From: Sarea resinae
Lineage: Eukaryota
Assembly (NCBI GenBank): GCA_026026165.1
Contig: JAPEUD010000063.1
Location: 1 to 64,000 of the forward strand
Direction of reading: 5' to 3'
Length of the DNA stretch: 64,000 bases
The position numbers and the translations under genes are program-made. Below the pieces are notes generated by a model. It had not been told where the DNA came from and did no database searches. It saw nothing but the letters and a program-made list of their open reading frames with translations. This document shows positions 47,369-57,875 of the stretch, one piece after another (the first letter of the stretch is position 1; every line of letters begins with the position of its first letter).

Positions 47369-49030
47369 TCATATCAAAGATAAACGCTTGAGTATCTCTC
47401 GGACGGATCTAGTCATTCTTTTCACGCTTCTCTTTCCGATCGCAATCTCCTTGTTTACCATCTCTACTACTGAGTCCGATGATGCCGAAGCTATGACAGA
47501 TGCATTGTCTAGATGTTCTCTGTTGCAACCTCGGAATGAAGAGAATGAAGATGTCAAAGGGTGCATTGCTCTTTCAATATCTTCCAGGGACTGCTGGACT
47601 AGCTGCAACAAGATATTGATCTGCGAGGCCAAGGACAAGCTTGTCGAGAAGCAGCCGATCGAGATTCCTGGAAGTGTACCCAGTTCATTGACTGGATCAG
47701 GCGAGCTCAGTAGACAGCTTTCCAGATATGACACGAATGCTTTGAAGATAGGCAGTAGTCGAAGATAGCAAGCCATGACCGACAGAAGAGTGGCGCTGTC
47801 TGGCAGCTCGGCATTGGACTTGTAACAGGAGCATGTTGTTCCGGGACAGTCGGAAGATGAAGATGAGGGAGAGGAAGTTGTTAAACTTGACTCGGATGAG
47901 GCATTGAGGGGCAGTTGGAGTGAGTCGATGTCGTCTCGATGAGACTGTTCGTTTGGTGTGGGCACCGGAGGATTGAACAAGTTCGTTCGAGGTTGCTCGA
48001 GGTTGCAGCCGCCATCGATATGCTTCTTCCCGGCCGATAATTGCTTCGCGATCTCTACGAGTGTGCGCGCTGCTCGAAAAGCCTCATCAATCTTAAGCAT
48101 CTTGCAACGATCCTCACGAGAATATGAGGGAGCAGCCGGCGAATTGTTTGTGCAAGAATGACGCTGGGCAGCTTGCTGAGATGGCGCCAGGGAATCTAGT
48201 GGGTCGGAAGATTCTGCGCACTGAATTGCTCTGAGGTGCTTGTACAGATTCAAATCAAGATCAAAGAGCCGTTTGAGACAATCCTCCATTCTGTCTCCCG
48301 AAGATGCTGATCGCGGCGATTGGCCGGTATCCATTGGATCGGGCGTTGGATCGGACGTTGCTTCCCCGCCGGATGCTCGCACATTGTCCTGGATGGAGGG
48401 GCCTTCCCTTCCTCTGATGGGGGCATATGATACTGCTGGATCCACAGATTGCAGAGAGAACAGATTGCTAGGGTCCGTGGAGCCCTCCTCAGGTGTTATA
48501 CCCAAATGATTCTGCCACTCTGTGACGACGTTCATATATTGTGGGGCTGTTGCATTGCCTGGCCGATCCAACATTTCCGTTGAGAAGTCTAGTGGCATCT
48601 CGAGCTTTGAGTAAGGCTGCGAGAGATAGTCTGTCAATGCGGTATTATCGGTGACGAACGTCATTTCCGGACCGAATGGGCTAAGGACCGAACCTGCGGT
48701 CGAGTCTCTGGTTTCTGATGACATTGCCCTTTCTTGCCGTCGTCGACTTTCGCTGTTTCCCGACAAACTCTCTGCTGCGGGTGTTCGCCGTCTCGAACCT
48801 GATGGTGTCGATGCCGATGCCCTGGATTTCCGTCCCTGCCTTGAGCCCGATTTCTCACTGGGTCTACCTACGGGTCCTGACGGGCTGTAATTGCATTTCC
48901 TGTGAGCTTTGAAGCACCGAACGCAAGTATTGTCGTCAATAGCCTCCAGTCTTTGGTGACACTTGAGCTTCTGGGAGTGACATCGGTCACACGCCTGCCT
49001 GGTCCGTGGCCTCTCGATAGAGGCCTCCAT
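47369..49030 (-). CDS. Zn(II)2Cys6 transcription factor, likely cluster-specific regulator
   Basis: MEASIERPRTRQACDRCHSQKLKC..CVRCFKAHRKCNYS binuclear cluster, long Ser-rich linker, helical C-terminus (LLSVMACYLRLL) of the kind seen in secondary-metabolite regulators. Intronless. First ATG at 49030. Confidence 0.88.
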   Translation of the reverse strand: MEASIERPRTRQACDRCHSQKLKCHQRLEAIDDNTCVRCFKAHRKCNYSPSGPVGRPSEKSGSRQGRKSRASASTPSGSRRRTPAAESLSGNSESRRRQERAMSSETRDSTAGSVLSPFGPEMTFVTDNTALTDYLSQPYSKLEMPLDFSTEMLDRPGNATAPQYMNVVTEWQNHLGITPEEGSTDPSNLFSLQSVDPAVSYAPIRGREGPSIQDNVRASGGEATSDPTPDPMDTGQSPRSASSGDRMEDCLKRLFDLDLNLYKHLRAIQCAESSDPLDSLAPSQQAAQRHSCTNNSPAAPSYSREDRCKMLKIDEAFRAARTLVEIAKQLSAGKKHIDGGCNLEQPRTNLFNPPVPTPNEQSHRDDIDSLQLPLNASSESSLTTSSPSSSSSDCPGTTCSCYKSNAELPDSATLLSVMACYLRLLPIFKAFVSYLESCLLSSPDPVNELGTLPGISIGCFSTSLSLASQINILLQLVQQSLEDIERAMHPLTSSFSSFRGCNREHLDNASVIASASSDSVVEMVNKEIAIGKRSVKRMTRSVREILKRLSLI

Positions 49031-50175
49031 GAGTATGTGGATGTGCAGGAGATTGACAGGGAACTGATCACGGAAGCTCGAACAGTTGATTCTATCCTTC
49101 TGGGTCAAAATCTCCTGCCCTCTGTTTGCGTATCAATGAAGCATCGATAAGCAATGGAGATTTATCACCGGTTTTGACAGCTTCCAATCGAGGCAAAGAG
49201 AAAGCGACAATACATAGAAAGACAGTCATTGTTCACAACAGACGCTATTTCCCAAAGACTGCTAGTTAAGGTAACTGGACTTGCACGAAGTACTAACGCG
49301 CTTGGCAGTATGGCTCTGCCAACGTTCCAACATGATCATTCCAGGACAGGAGGAGAAAGTCCAACGCGGTGAGGTTCCGCCCGTAAGCTGGATGGGACAA
49401 TGTGGCTATGAAACGAGGTGGACATGCCAGGTGAAGAGAACCCACATGGAGAGTACATGCAACGGTGGCGGTGGCTGTCGGAAGTTGGATTTGTCGTAAG
49501 TTCTCGGGAGACCAGGGTTTGAGAAGGAACTGCCAAAAAGGGGCGAAGTATGTAAAAAGGTTGCCTATGACTACTAATGAGGGCCGTGTTCGCGAGTGTC
49601 AGGTACTTCGTAGTAGGTGATCGAGATGGCTCTTCGGATTAAGGTGTACTTTTCCCAGGCCGTATATCATTTGCCCTCTTGCCAGCCTTGTTGCGTGGGC
49701 CTAATGGCGACCAGGGGACTTTTGTGTTGTGTTGGATCCGACGCGAGACATGGCGGAGAGGGCGGAGATGCAGCGTACCATGCTCATTAGGGCATGGCGG
49801 AGGACACCATGGATGGTTCAGGGAGGGCCTGGGCAGGGTTCCGCCCGGGAAGGTCACTGCTGTCCAACTCTAAATTGATTTCAGCGGGAGCTAGTGCCTA
49901 GGTCCGGTCAGCACTAAGAGGTGCGAATCCTGCGGAGCATTACTCTAGAGTACGAATACTTGGTCAAATTACGGACTACTCGAGCACTCTACTCTGCTTA
50001 TGATTAGGTGATATCTCTTGGAGTGTTATGGTCGAGTGTTATCCGACAAACCTACCTAGGGGAGGTAACCAACGCGTCCAACGCCGCGGGATTATTCACA
50101 TCGTGTTGGGTGTCTTGGGTTGTTGTGATGATTCCATTATTCGGTTTCTATGACTCTTCTTGCCGCTGCGGCTGC

Positions 50176-51651
50176 CTACCTGACAGTACCTTCCTTTCGT
50201 TTCGAGAACCTATGGGCATTGATTCGCTCCATCAATGCTCTCACCTGAGCCAAACTCTCCCCGCCAAGGACGACGGATGCGATGCTGTACCTGACGTTCC
50301 CCTCGTTCCCCTCGTTCCCCTCGTTCCCCTCGGTCCCCCCGTGCCCCTCGTCTCCCTCTCGGCCGTGACACCAGCCGCAGATGACGATCCGGCCCGCCTG
50401 ATATTCCTGGTCGAACGCTCTCTCGAACTCCGCCCGCGAGCAGACGAGAGGCAGCGGGTAGAGCACGACGGCGATTGGCAAGCTTCGGCCGAGAGCGAAA
50501 TGACGCTTGAGGAAGCCGAGCGGGTAACTGGCGGGGACCCGCACGTTGAGATCGATGACCAGCTGCGTCTGGTCGGGACTCGTCACCACATCCACCCCCA
50601 CCGGCCCATAGTAGCCTTCCTGATGCAGGACTCGGGCCACTTTGCTCGCCGTGTCCTCGTAATGATCGCGAAGCTGATCTTGACGGCCGTAATCGACGAA
50701 GCTCCCACCCCACAATCCGTGCGCGTCGATGTACTGCTCGGCACACGCGATGAAAATGGGGCGCCCTGCCCTGGTGATGAAGAGGGATAGGCTCACGACC
50801 GGCCCCTGGATCAGCTCCTGCACCACGAGACTGGCGGGGCGCAAGTGTGCATTGGACTCGCCTAGCGCTTGGATCATCCTCTTCACCTCTGGCGTCAGCA
50901 CCTCGACGGCTTCCTGCCGCTCGCTATCCTTCTCAATCACGAATACGCCTTGCCCGCCATTGGACTGCGGCAGCTTGATGACGAACGGGGCCGCCCGATC
51001 GACGATCGGCCCCATCATATGCGCCACTGCCGCTTCCACGAGGCCGTCGTCGTGGACCTGATCCAACCCAATGTCGGGATCAATCACCTGCGATGGAGGG
51101 GACGGTAGTGTCGAGGCGACTAGCCCGACCTTTGATAGCAAGCGGTAATGCGATTCGGGAGCGAGCAAGAGAGGAAGCTGGGCAAGACAGTCCATGGGGA
51201 ACATGACGGCAACTGGGGTCTCGGGCGTCGTCACCTTGATGTCGCTCGGACTGACCACAAACGTGACATTCGGCTGTTGGGTTTTCTCCAGTTGGCCGAA
51301 GACTTGCAGAGCATCGACTTGATGGATCCTCCTCCTCCTTGGATCTCTGGCCTCCTCGACTTCAATCTCGTATTCGGCCCAATCAGGATCGAAGAGCACC
51401 ACCGACATCTTGCCGGCCATGAAGGCATGAGTCTGCGCGCCAGTGCCCAAGCAGATTCGAGCCATCAGGTCGCGCCCAACGGGGATGGATCGTGGAGCTT
51501 GAGAGACAAATTTGGTCGATAATGGCAGAGAAGACGTCAACTGTACTACGGCCGAAGGTATGGCCATCGCTAGGATTGGCTCTGGGCCATCCGGATTATC
51601 CACCGCATAGAGCTCTTGAAGGGTCGTGTCCAACTCCACCGTTGGCGCCAT
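50176..51651 (-). CDS. ATP-grasp ligase (FsqD-like fungal family)
   Basis: ATP-grasp motifs in the expected order: HYRLLSK, PFVIKLPQSNGGQGVFVI, LVVQELIQG, GYYGPVGVDV, VIDLNVR. Start MAPTVELDTTL at 51651. Confidence 0.82.
   Translation of the reverse strand: MAPTVELDTTLQELYAVDNPDGPEPILAMAIPSAVVQLTSSLPLSTKFVSQAPRSIPVGRDLMARICLGTGAQTHAFMAGKMSVVLFDPDWAEYEIEVEEARDPRRRRIHQVDALQVFGQLEKTQQPNVTFVVSPSDIKVTTPETPVAVMFPMDCLAQLPLLLAPESHYRLLSKVGLVASTLPSPPSQVIDPDIGLDQVHDDGLVEAAVAHMMGPIVDRAAPFVIKLPQSNGGQGVFVIEKDSERQEAVEVLTPEVKRMIQALGESNAHLRPASLVVQELIQGPVVSLSLFITRAGRPIFIACAEQYIDAHGLWGGSFVDYGRQDQLRDHYEDTASKVARVLHQEGYYGPVGVDVVTSPDQTQLVIDLNVRVPASYPLGFLKRHFALGRSLPIAVVLYPLPLVCSRAEFERAFDQEYQAGRIVICGWCHGREGDEGHGGTEGNEGNEGNEGNVRYSIASVVLGGESLAQVRALMERINAHRFSKRKEGTVR
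50295..50350. repeat. coding 9-bp tandem repeat (EGN)n in the ATP-grasp gene
   Basis: (cgttcccct)n on the + strand; the protein reads EGHGGTEGNEGNEGNEGN. Confidence 0.9.
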
Positions 51652-52253
51652 CCTTTCGACTGCGCGGGAGATGGACGGAGTCCAACTCGGATTTGACAAG
51701 AAGAGTGCAAAAGAAGTCGAAGTCTCTCCCAGTCGAATTGGCATCAATATCCTCAGGTGTAAAGGAAACATTTATATCTCTACAGCGCGATCAGGAGCGG
51801 CACGGCATTGAAAAGATGCCCAATTCCCGAATCTTCAGCTGGAGATTCACCGTAAATCATTGCTTCTTTGAATTGATGCTCTTGCAGTTTTCGGCTTCGG
51901 TGCATTCCTTCATAAATTCTGCTGATCACTTAGTACAAAATAGCGGATCCGTCCCTGCCCGACAACGGCAGTCGATAATGTTGCTATGTGCCAGATACTA
52001 GATGCTTGGCAGATAAAGAAAAAATCGCCGACGTGTCGGTATTAGAGTATGGTTTTGAAGATCCATTCCGGACAATTCGTCACAGTCGATGGCGGTTATC
52101 ACCAGGTCACCCCCAGGTCACCACCTGGCTCCTTCGAGACGTACTTCGTATTCTGTCAAATCTACCTTACAGTAGTTCTCTTTTCATCAACATCATCGTC
52201 ATCATTATCATAATTCTCGCGGCTGTTGTTGGCTGGTGCCTCAACAAACAGTC

Positions 52254-53537
52254 ATGGCGGCAGTAGCACATCAGACCAAGCAAGTGCAGGGAATGGATAG
52301 TCTAGATGACCATATCCAAGAACGGATGAACGATGTTTCCATGCGAGGCGCTGGCTTCTACAACTCCAATTCCGCTCTTCAAGCAGCAGCAGCTACGAGA
52401 TGCCTGCCGCTCCTCGACATCAACCCTGGTAGCGGTCTTGCTGAAGACAAGCAAAGCCACCAGCTGTTCACCGTCGTCGAGTATGGCTCAGCACAGGGGA
52501 GCAATTCGTACGTGTGAAACAACCTCACTGGAAAGAAATCATGGTGTTGGGCTAATTAATTAATACACACGAAAAGTGTTGCTCCTATGAAGCGCATCCT
52601 CGATAGTATGCCTCACCCATGCCCTGAAAACCATGGTCGCGGTCAAGATCGATTGCAAGTCCAACTAGTCTTCAGTGATCGACCACAGAATGACTTCGCA
52701 TCCCTTGCAAAGACTATATCCGAGATCCCATGGATGGAGCCTAAAGCCGGCGACACCGACATATCAGAGGCGACACCATCGGTGTTCCCCACGATGGTGG
52801 CCCGTAACTTCTACGAGCGTGTGATGCCGACTCAGTCGGTCGACGTGGGTTTCTCTTTCGCCTCGCTTCATCATCTCAACCAGCTGCCTCCACCGGCTCC
52901 CCCAGCCACTTCTCTAGAGGGTGAGCAAGAGAGAATGGTCGTTCGCAAAGCGCGATTCCGCGAACAAGCACGTCACGACCTCGAGCATTTTCTAAGTCTG
53001 CGTGCTGAAGAACTCAAACCCGGTGCTCAATTGGTACTGTCATTCTCGAGTGCGGCGAGCTCTGGAGCGCCCAATTTTGCGCCCTGGGCGTTGTCCCTGT
53101 GGATGTCGATCTTGGATATGGTGGGTGCTGGCCGGATTCCGGCACTTGTATCGCAAAAATTTGATGTACCAACGTACGATCGGTCATTGAACGATGTGAG
53201 GCAAACTCTCGATGCAGTTCGGCATTTTTGGAGTGTGGAGCAAATTTTTGAGGACGAGATCGAGCATCCTGCTGTTGAGATGCTGTTGGGGACGAAGGCG
53301 GATGACGACGCAATGCGAGCAGAGTACGCAGATGTCACTGTTCGATGGTTGATGGCTGTTGTTTCCGGTTACTTTATAAAAGCTTTGAGACAGGGCTTCG
53401 GTGAGCCACTCGACCCTGAACAGGAGGCGAATCTATTACGAGACTTGACGGACAGGGTCCGGGCCCGTATCCTGAGAGACCACTCCAACGAGAGATTGAC
53501 TTGCTGGTTTATATATATCAAGCTGATTAGGATCTAA
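52254..53537 (+). CDS. SAM-dependent carboxyl methyltransferase (SABATH/Methyltransf_7 family; FUS9-like)
   Basis: Exons 52254-52507 and 52577-53537. VSMRGAGFYNSNSALQ, VVEYGSAQGSNS, VFSDRPQNDF, NFYERVMP, GFSFASLHHL, DLEHFLSLRAEELKPGAQLVL. Confidence 0.88.
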
Positions 53538-53622
53538 ATATTGACAGTCTAAGTGGGGGACAATGATGGCTTTCATGAAGATCATTGAAAATCTAGAGCC
53601 AAATCTATGACTGACTGGGGCA

Positions 53623-55554
53623 TCATTTATACGAAATGACAGCCTTGGGCTGGCAAAACTGCAGAAGTCCAGGAAGACCATATTCCACCCCAATCCCACT
53701 CTGCTTATGTCCCGAAAAAGGAACCTCAGGATAAGGCCTCGAGGGTCCGTTGACATAAACGCTTCCAACATCCACCTTATCGGCGATCTCCTGGGCCACC
53801 TTTGTATCTGCTGACCATATACTGGCGCTCAGTCCTGTCTGGGTGCTATTCACAGCCTCTATTGCTTCCTCTATAGTCGAAAAAGGATTGCACGGAACCA
53901 TGGGGCCTATGTCGCACGGTGCGTTAGATTGAGAAAAAACAGAACAGCATCAAAGAGGGTGAACGTACCGAATTGCTCTTCCGCCACAATGCGAGACTCT
54001 GACGGCGGATTATCGAGGATCTGAGGCGGGATGAAAAATCCCTCTCGAAGAGCCTCGGTTGTTAAATCTCCCGATTCGGACCCACCGAGCGCGAAAGTGT
54101 ATCCATTCTCCTTGCAGTCTTTGATCAAATCTTGAAGCTTGTCGAACTGCATTGAATTCTGGATTGGGCCAATCATGGCAGGGCGAGGATCATTCGGCGC
54201 GGGTAAAGAGCCAACCCGAAGGGTCTTGGTAAACTCGACCAATGCACGGAGGAAGTCGCTGTAGATCGTGTGATGAATATATATTCTTTTGATAGCGATG
54301 CAGGTCTGACCAGCGTTGAACCAGACCCCCATGGCTACTTGCGGCGCGACTTTGTTGATATCGGCGTCTGAAAGGACGATGGCAGCGTCATTACCGCCCC
54401 TAGAATGACATATGTCAGCGACGACCAACACGAAAACCCAGCTGCTAGCCAGTAAGGCAATCTGGATCGCGGAACATACAATTCCAAGGTCAGCTTCTTC
54501 AGTGTCTTTGCTCCGCTTTGCATTATCTTCTTCCCAGTCTCGGTCGAGCCAGTGAAGGAGATCTTTTGGATCCCAGGATGTTCGACCAAGAGAGGCCCCA
54601 ATTTTTCATCACCACCTAATGCTTGAACAACACCAGGAGGGAAGATCTGCTGTGCCAACTCTATTAATTTGAGACCGGTATACGGTGTGAAAGGCCTGTT
54701 CAGGAACACTTGATTAATTCTTGCGCTCCCAGAATTATGCTGGTTGCTCACGATGGTTTCAAAATTGCACAGTTGCCAGCGGCTAAGGCGGGGGCAATCT
54801 TTCCGATTGCTGTTGACATGTTAGTAGCTCGCTGACCAATTCGACTACCATGGGAGGATCATATCACCGAGCATCAGCGGGACTGGAATTTTGACACGAT
54901 CAGCTCGGATTCTTTTGGGCTGGGGTCAATCAATTTCTCCTACAATTCCAAGGACATATCGCTGCGACGACCCCAAGGGGTTCGTAGCGTGTTGTAGCCA
55001 CTTTCTCATCGTCCTCGATTCTCTCGACTGGCCAGGTCACCGAAGCTGGCGTTGATCAGGGCCGGTGATCTATCTCAATTGCAAGAAGCTCTTACCGGGC
55101 TGTCGAATCCATTGCACGGCCCATTGGACCTCGATGGCAGCAAATTGTGTCTGGATCAAAGTCAACACATTGGAAGCCGCAAGTGGAGTCTTGCTCTCTG
55201 AATCGAGCTCTGAGAATTATAACTCTAGCTAAAGGGCCTACATACGGATCTACCAGTCTCGGCGACCAACAGTTCAGTAAGTTGTGACGAGTGCGCCAGA
55301 TACAGTTTTGCAAAGTCTTCCAATAGACCCGTGCGAGTGGCATATTCCGTTGCGGACCAGGCTGGGAAGGCCTCTTGAGCTGCTGCGACAGCATCGTCCA
55401 CGTCCTGGCTTGTTGCCACAGGCGCTTCCCAGAGAGTCTTCTTGTTCACAGGATTAGTACCGGAATATGTTCGTGGGGCTCCACGAAGCTGGCCGCCGAT
55501 AACGTTATGGAATGTATCAAAAGACAGCAAAGGCGATTCTGAAGTTGAGTCCAT
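53623..55554 (-). CDS. aldehyde dehydrogenase (FUS7-like), multi-exon
   Basis: FDTFHNVIGG, RYEPLGVVAAICPWN|FPLML (15-nt micro-exon), LKPS|PFTP, KISFTGSTETGKK, catalytic Glu LTLEL|GGND, catalytic Cys NAGQTC, EEQFG, PFSGHKQSGIG. Confidence 0.93.
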
Positions 55555-55911
55555 ATTTGATCGACGGTACAAGGGATCAGGTACATCAAAAGACGGACGG
55601 AAGATATAGCATCATTCTACAACCACATACTGATACGAAATGCAGCAAGAGAAATAGTGAAAAGACGGGGATTTGTCCCATGAAGCAGAAATCTCGGAGA
55701 ATTCCAAAATGGCCGAAACCCGCCGACTACATCGGAAGTAAGACCAATTGTCCGACTCACGAAAAGGAAATGATTGTCATCAAAAGAGATTTCTCGTAAA
55801 GGAAATTCCTTGAAAACTTTATCGGTGATCCGTGGTTCTGTCTACCCTGGACCAGGGAACGTTGACCGTCCCAAGCCCTACCATTGTCCTTCGAATACGA
55901 CAACGACGACG

Positions 55912-57285
55912 ATGATCCTCGAAACGCTGCTACTGTTGCTGCCCTTGGCATGCAAGGGCACGACTGCAGCTGCAGCGACAGATGATGCGCAATCTGGATC
56001 TGCAGCAGTCGTCGCGGTTCCCATGAAGCAATCTTCGTATGGGCCCGTATTCAATCTAACTGTCGGCACCCCTCCGCAACCTCTCACCGTGCTGAGCGAC
56101 TGGACATGGATGTCGTTCTTCACACGTTCGGCCTACTGCGACGGCAGCTACAATGTCAGCAATTGCATTCCGGCAGGGCAAGGCTGGTTCGACGATCACG
56201 CCTCGTCGACCTTCCAGAATTCGACGTCGTATGCGCCGACCGGGTGGGCGAACACGGCCTTCTTGCCGGGCGAAGACTTCAATGTCACCTATGCTAGCGA
56301 CGTTGTTTGTCTCGAAGCTTCCTCTGACGCGGCTGCCGGTGACAGCAGTCAGTCCTGCACGCCGGCCACGGTCTTCCAGCTCTCCGACTTCGACGTTGCC
56401 CTCACTTCAGCCTTGCCCTTCGCCGGCATCTTCGGCCTCTCGCCCGTCCTCCCCGGCTCCAATGCGTCTTTCTACCCGGCCTCCTACCAGGCCTACCTCA
56501 ACGACACCCTCGCCGGTGCCCTTGTGGGATACCACTCCTGTGCGAATCTCGCCTCCAGCTCGTCGTGTGCCGGCGGCGACATGCTCACCGTCTTCGGCGG
56601 GACGGCCAATAGCTCCGTCTTCGACCCCAGCTCGGTCGCCTATCTGGACGTCGAAACCGAGCCCTGCATCACCATCTCGGCGCCATTGGACTTTCGGCCC
56701 GCGCGGGACAATTTCTGGTCGCTGCGGTGGACGGGCTTCTGGATCGGCGACCAAGCCGTCGACTTGAACATCTCCTCTTCTTCCTCCTCTTCTTCCAAGT
56801 CAACATCCTCCTCATCGCCCGCCTGCACCGACTCGTCGCCCCTCGCCGTCCTAGACGAAGGCTCCGAGGGCGTCGGCGCGCCCGTGCCCAGCAGCGCCTA
56901 CGACGCACTCGTCGCCGCCGCCAACGCCACCGTCGCCGCCAACCAGTCCGTCGCTCTCAATACAGGCAACCAGACCTACTACACGGTGCCCTGCGCCGCC
57001 ATATCCACGCTACCCACGCTGACGTACGAGCTCGGCGCCGCGCAGAACTACACCATCGCGCCCGCCCAGTACGTCGTCTCTGTACCACCAACCACCACCA
57101 CCACCACCACCGACGGGACCGCCCCGACGAACACCTGCTATCTCAACGCCAAGACCTGGGCCCTGGGTCCCGACGCCCCCGCCGCCTTCTTCGGCTCCAC
57201 CTTCTTCGGCAACTTGTACGTGGTCTTTGATTTCGAGGGCCTCCGGGTCGGCCTCGCGCCTTTGAATCAGCAGCTCTTCTCGTAG
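55912..57285 (+). CDS. secreted pepsin-like (peptidase A1) protein with non-canonical active-site motifs (FUS4-like)
   Basis: Signal peptide MILETLLLLLPLACKG; NLTVGTPPQPLTVLSDWTW; GIFGLSP; AVLDEGSEG; YTVPC..LPTLTYEL; FFGSTFFGNLYVVFDFEGLRVGLA. Confidence 0.85.
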   Translation: MILETLLLLLPLACKGTTAAAATDDAQSGSAAVVAVPMKQSSYGPVFNLTVGTPPQPLTVLSDWTWMSFFTRSAYCDGSYNVSNCIPAGQGWFDDHASSTFQNSTSYAPTGWANTAFLPGEDFNVTYASDVVCLEASSDAAAGDSSQSCTPATVFQLSDFDVALTSALPFAGIFGLSPVLPGSNASFYPASYQAYLNDTLAGALVGYHSCANLASSSSCAGGDMLTVFGGTANSSVFDPSSVAYLDVETEPCITISAPLDFRPARDNFWSLRWTGFWIGDQAVDLNISSSSSSSSKSTSSSSPACTDSSPLAVLDEGSEGVGAPVPSSAYDALVAAANATVAANQSVALNTGNQTYYTVPCAAISTLPTLTYELGAAQNYTIAPAQYVVSVPPTTTTTTTDGTAPTNTCYLNAKTWALGPDAPAAFFGSTFFGNLYVVFDFEGLRVGLAPLNQQLFS

Positions 57286-57548
57286 TCCTGCTGCTTTTCC
57301 TTCTTTTAATCTCTCTTTCCTTTTCTCTTCTCTTCTTGTCTCGCACTGTTGCGCTGCGTTGGAAGACGCCTGATCGGACGGCATGGGCCACCTTGTACAT
57401 ACTCAAAAGCATGGGTAATATAGAAGTAATCTCTATTTTCTTTTGTTTTCATACGTTGTGAAATCCTTGTATCTATGGCAAGAGATATTTCATAATAAAG
57501 GCCACGGAAACAAGAGAGTTATAAACCCCCAATTGAAAGATCGGAACT

Positions 57549-57565
57549 AAAAAAAAAAAAAAAAA
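57549..57565. repeat. poly-A tract
   Basis: A17 run in the AT-rich spacer between convergent genes. Confidence 0.9.
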
Positions 57566-57875
57566 CTCCTTGGTGTATATGCAACAGAAACACGAGATTC
57601 ACCAAAGGGTACAAACTGTTGAAACAGGTGCGATAAGAAACGAACGTAAAGACTGATGAAATACTCAAACAAAGGATGCTAAAGGAAATCTGTAATACAC
57701 ATTCAACAGCTTATACATACAGAAATGTAGCCCCGCCCCCCCTCCCCTCACTGAAATAAAAAACACAGGAAAACGAAACCAGCGGAGACCTTGTTCCCAT
57801 ATCCCCATACCCATCTCTACACACCCACCCCCTCCCTCCTTCCCTTCCCCTTTCCCCCATTCCCCCACCCTAAAC

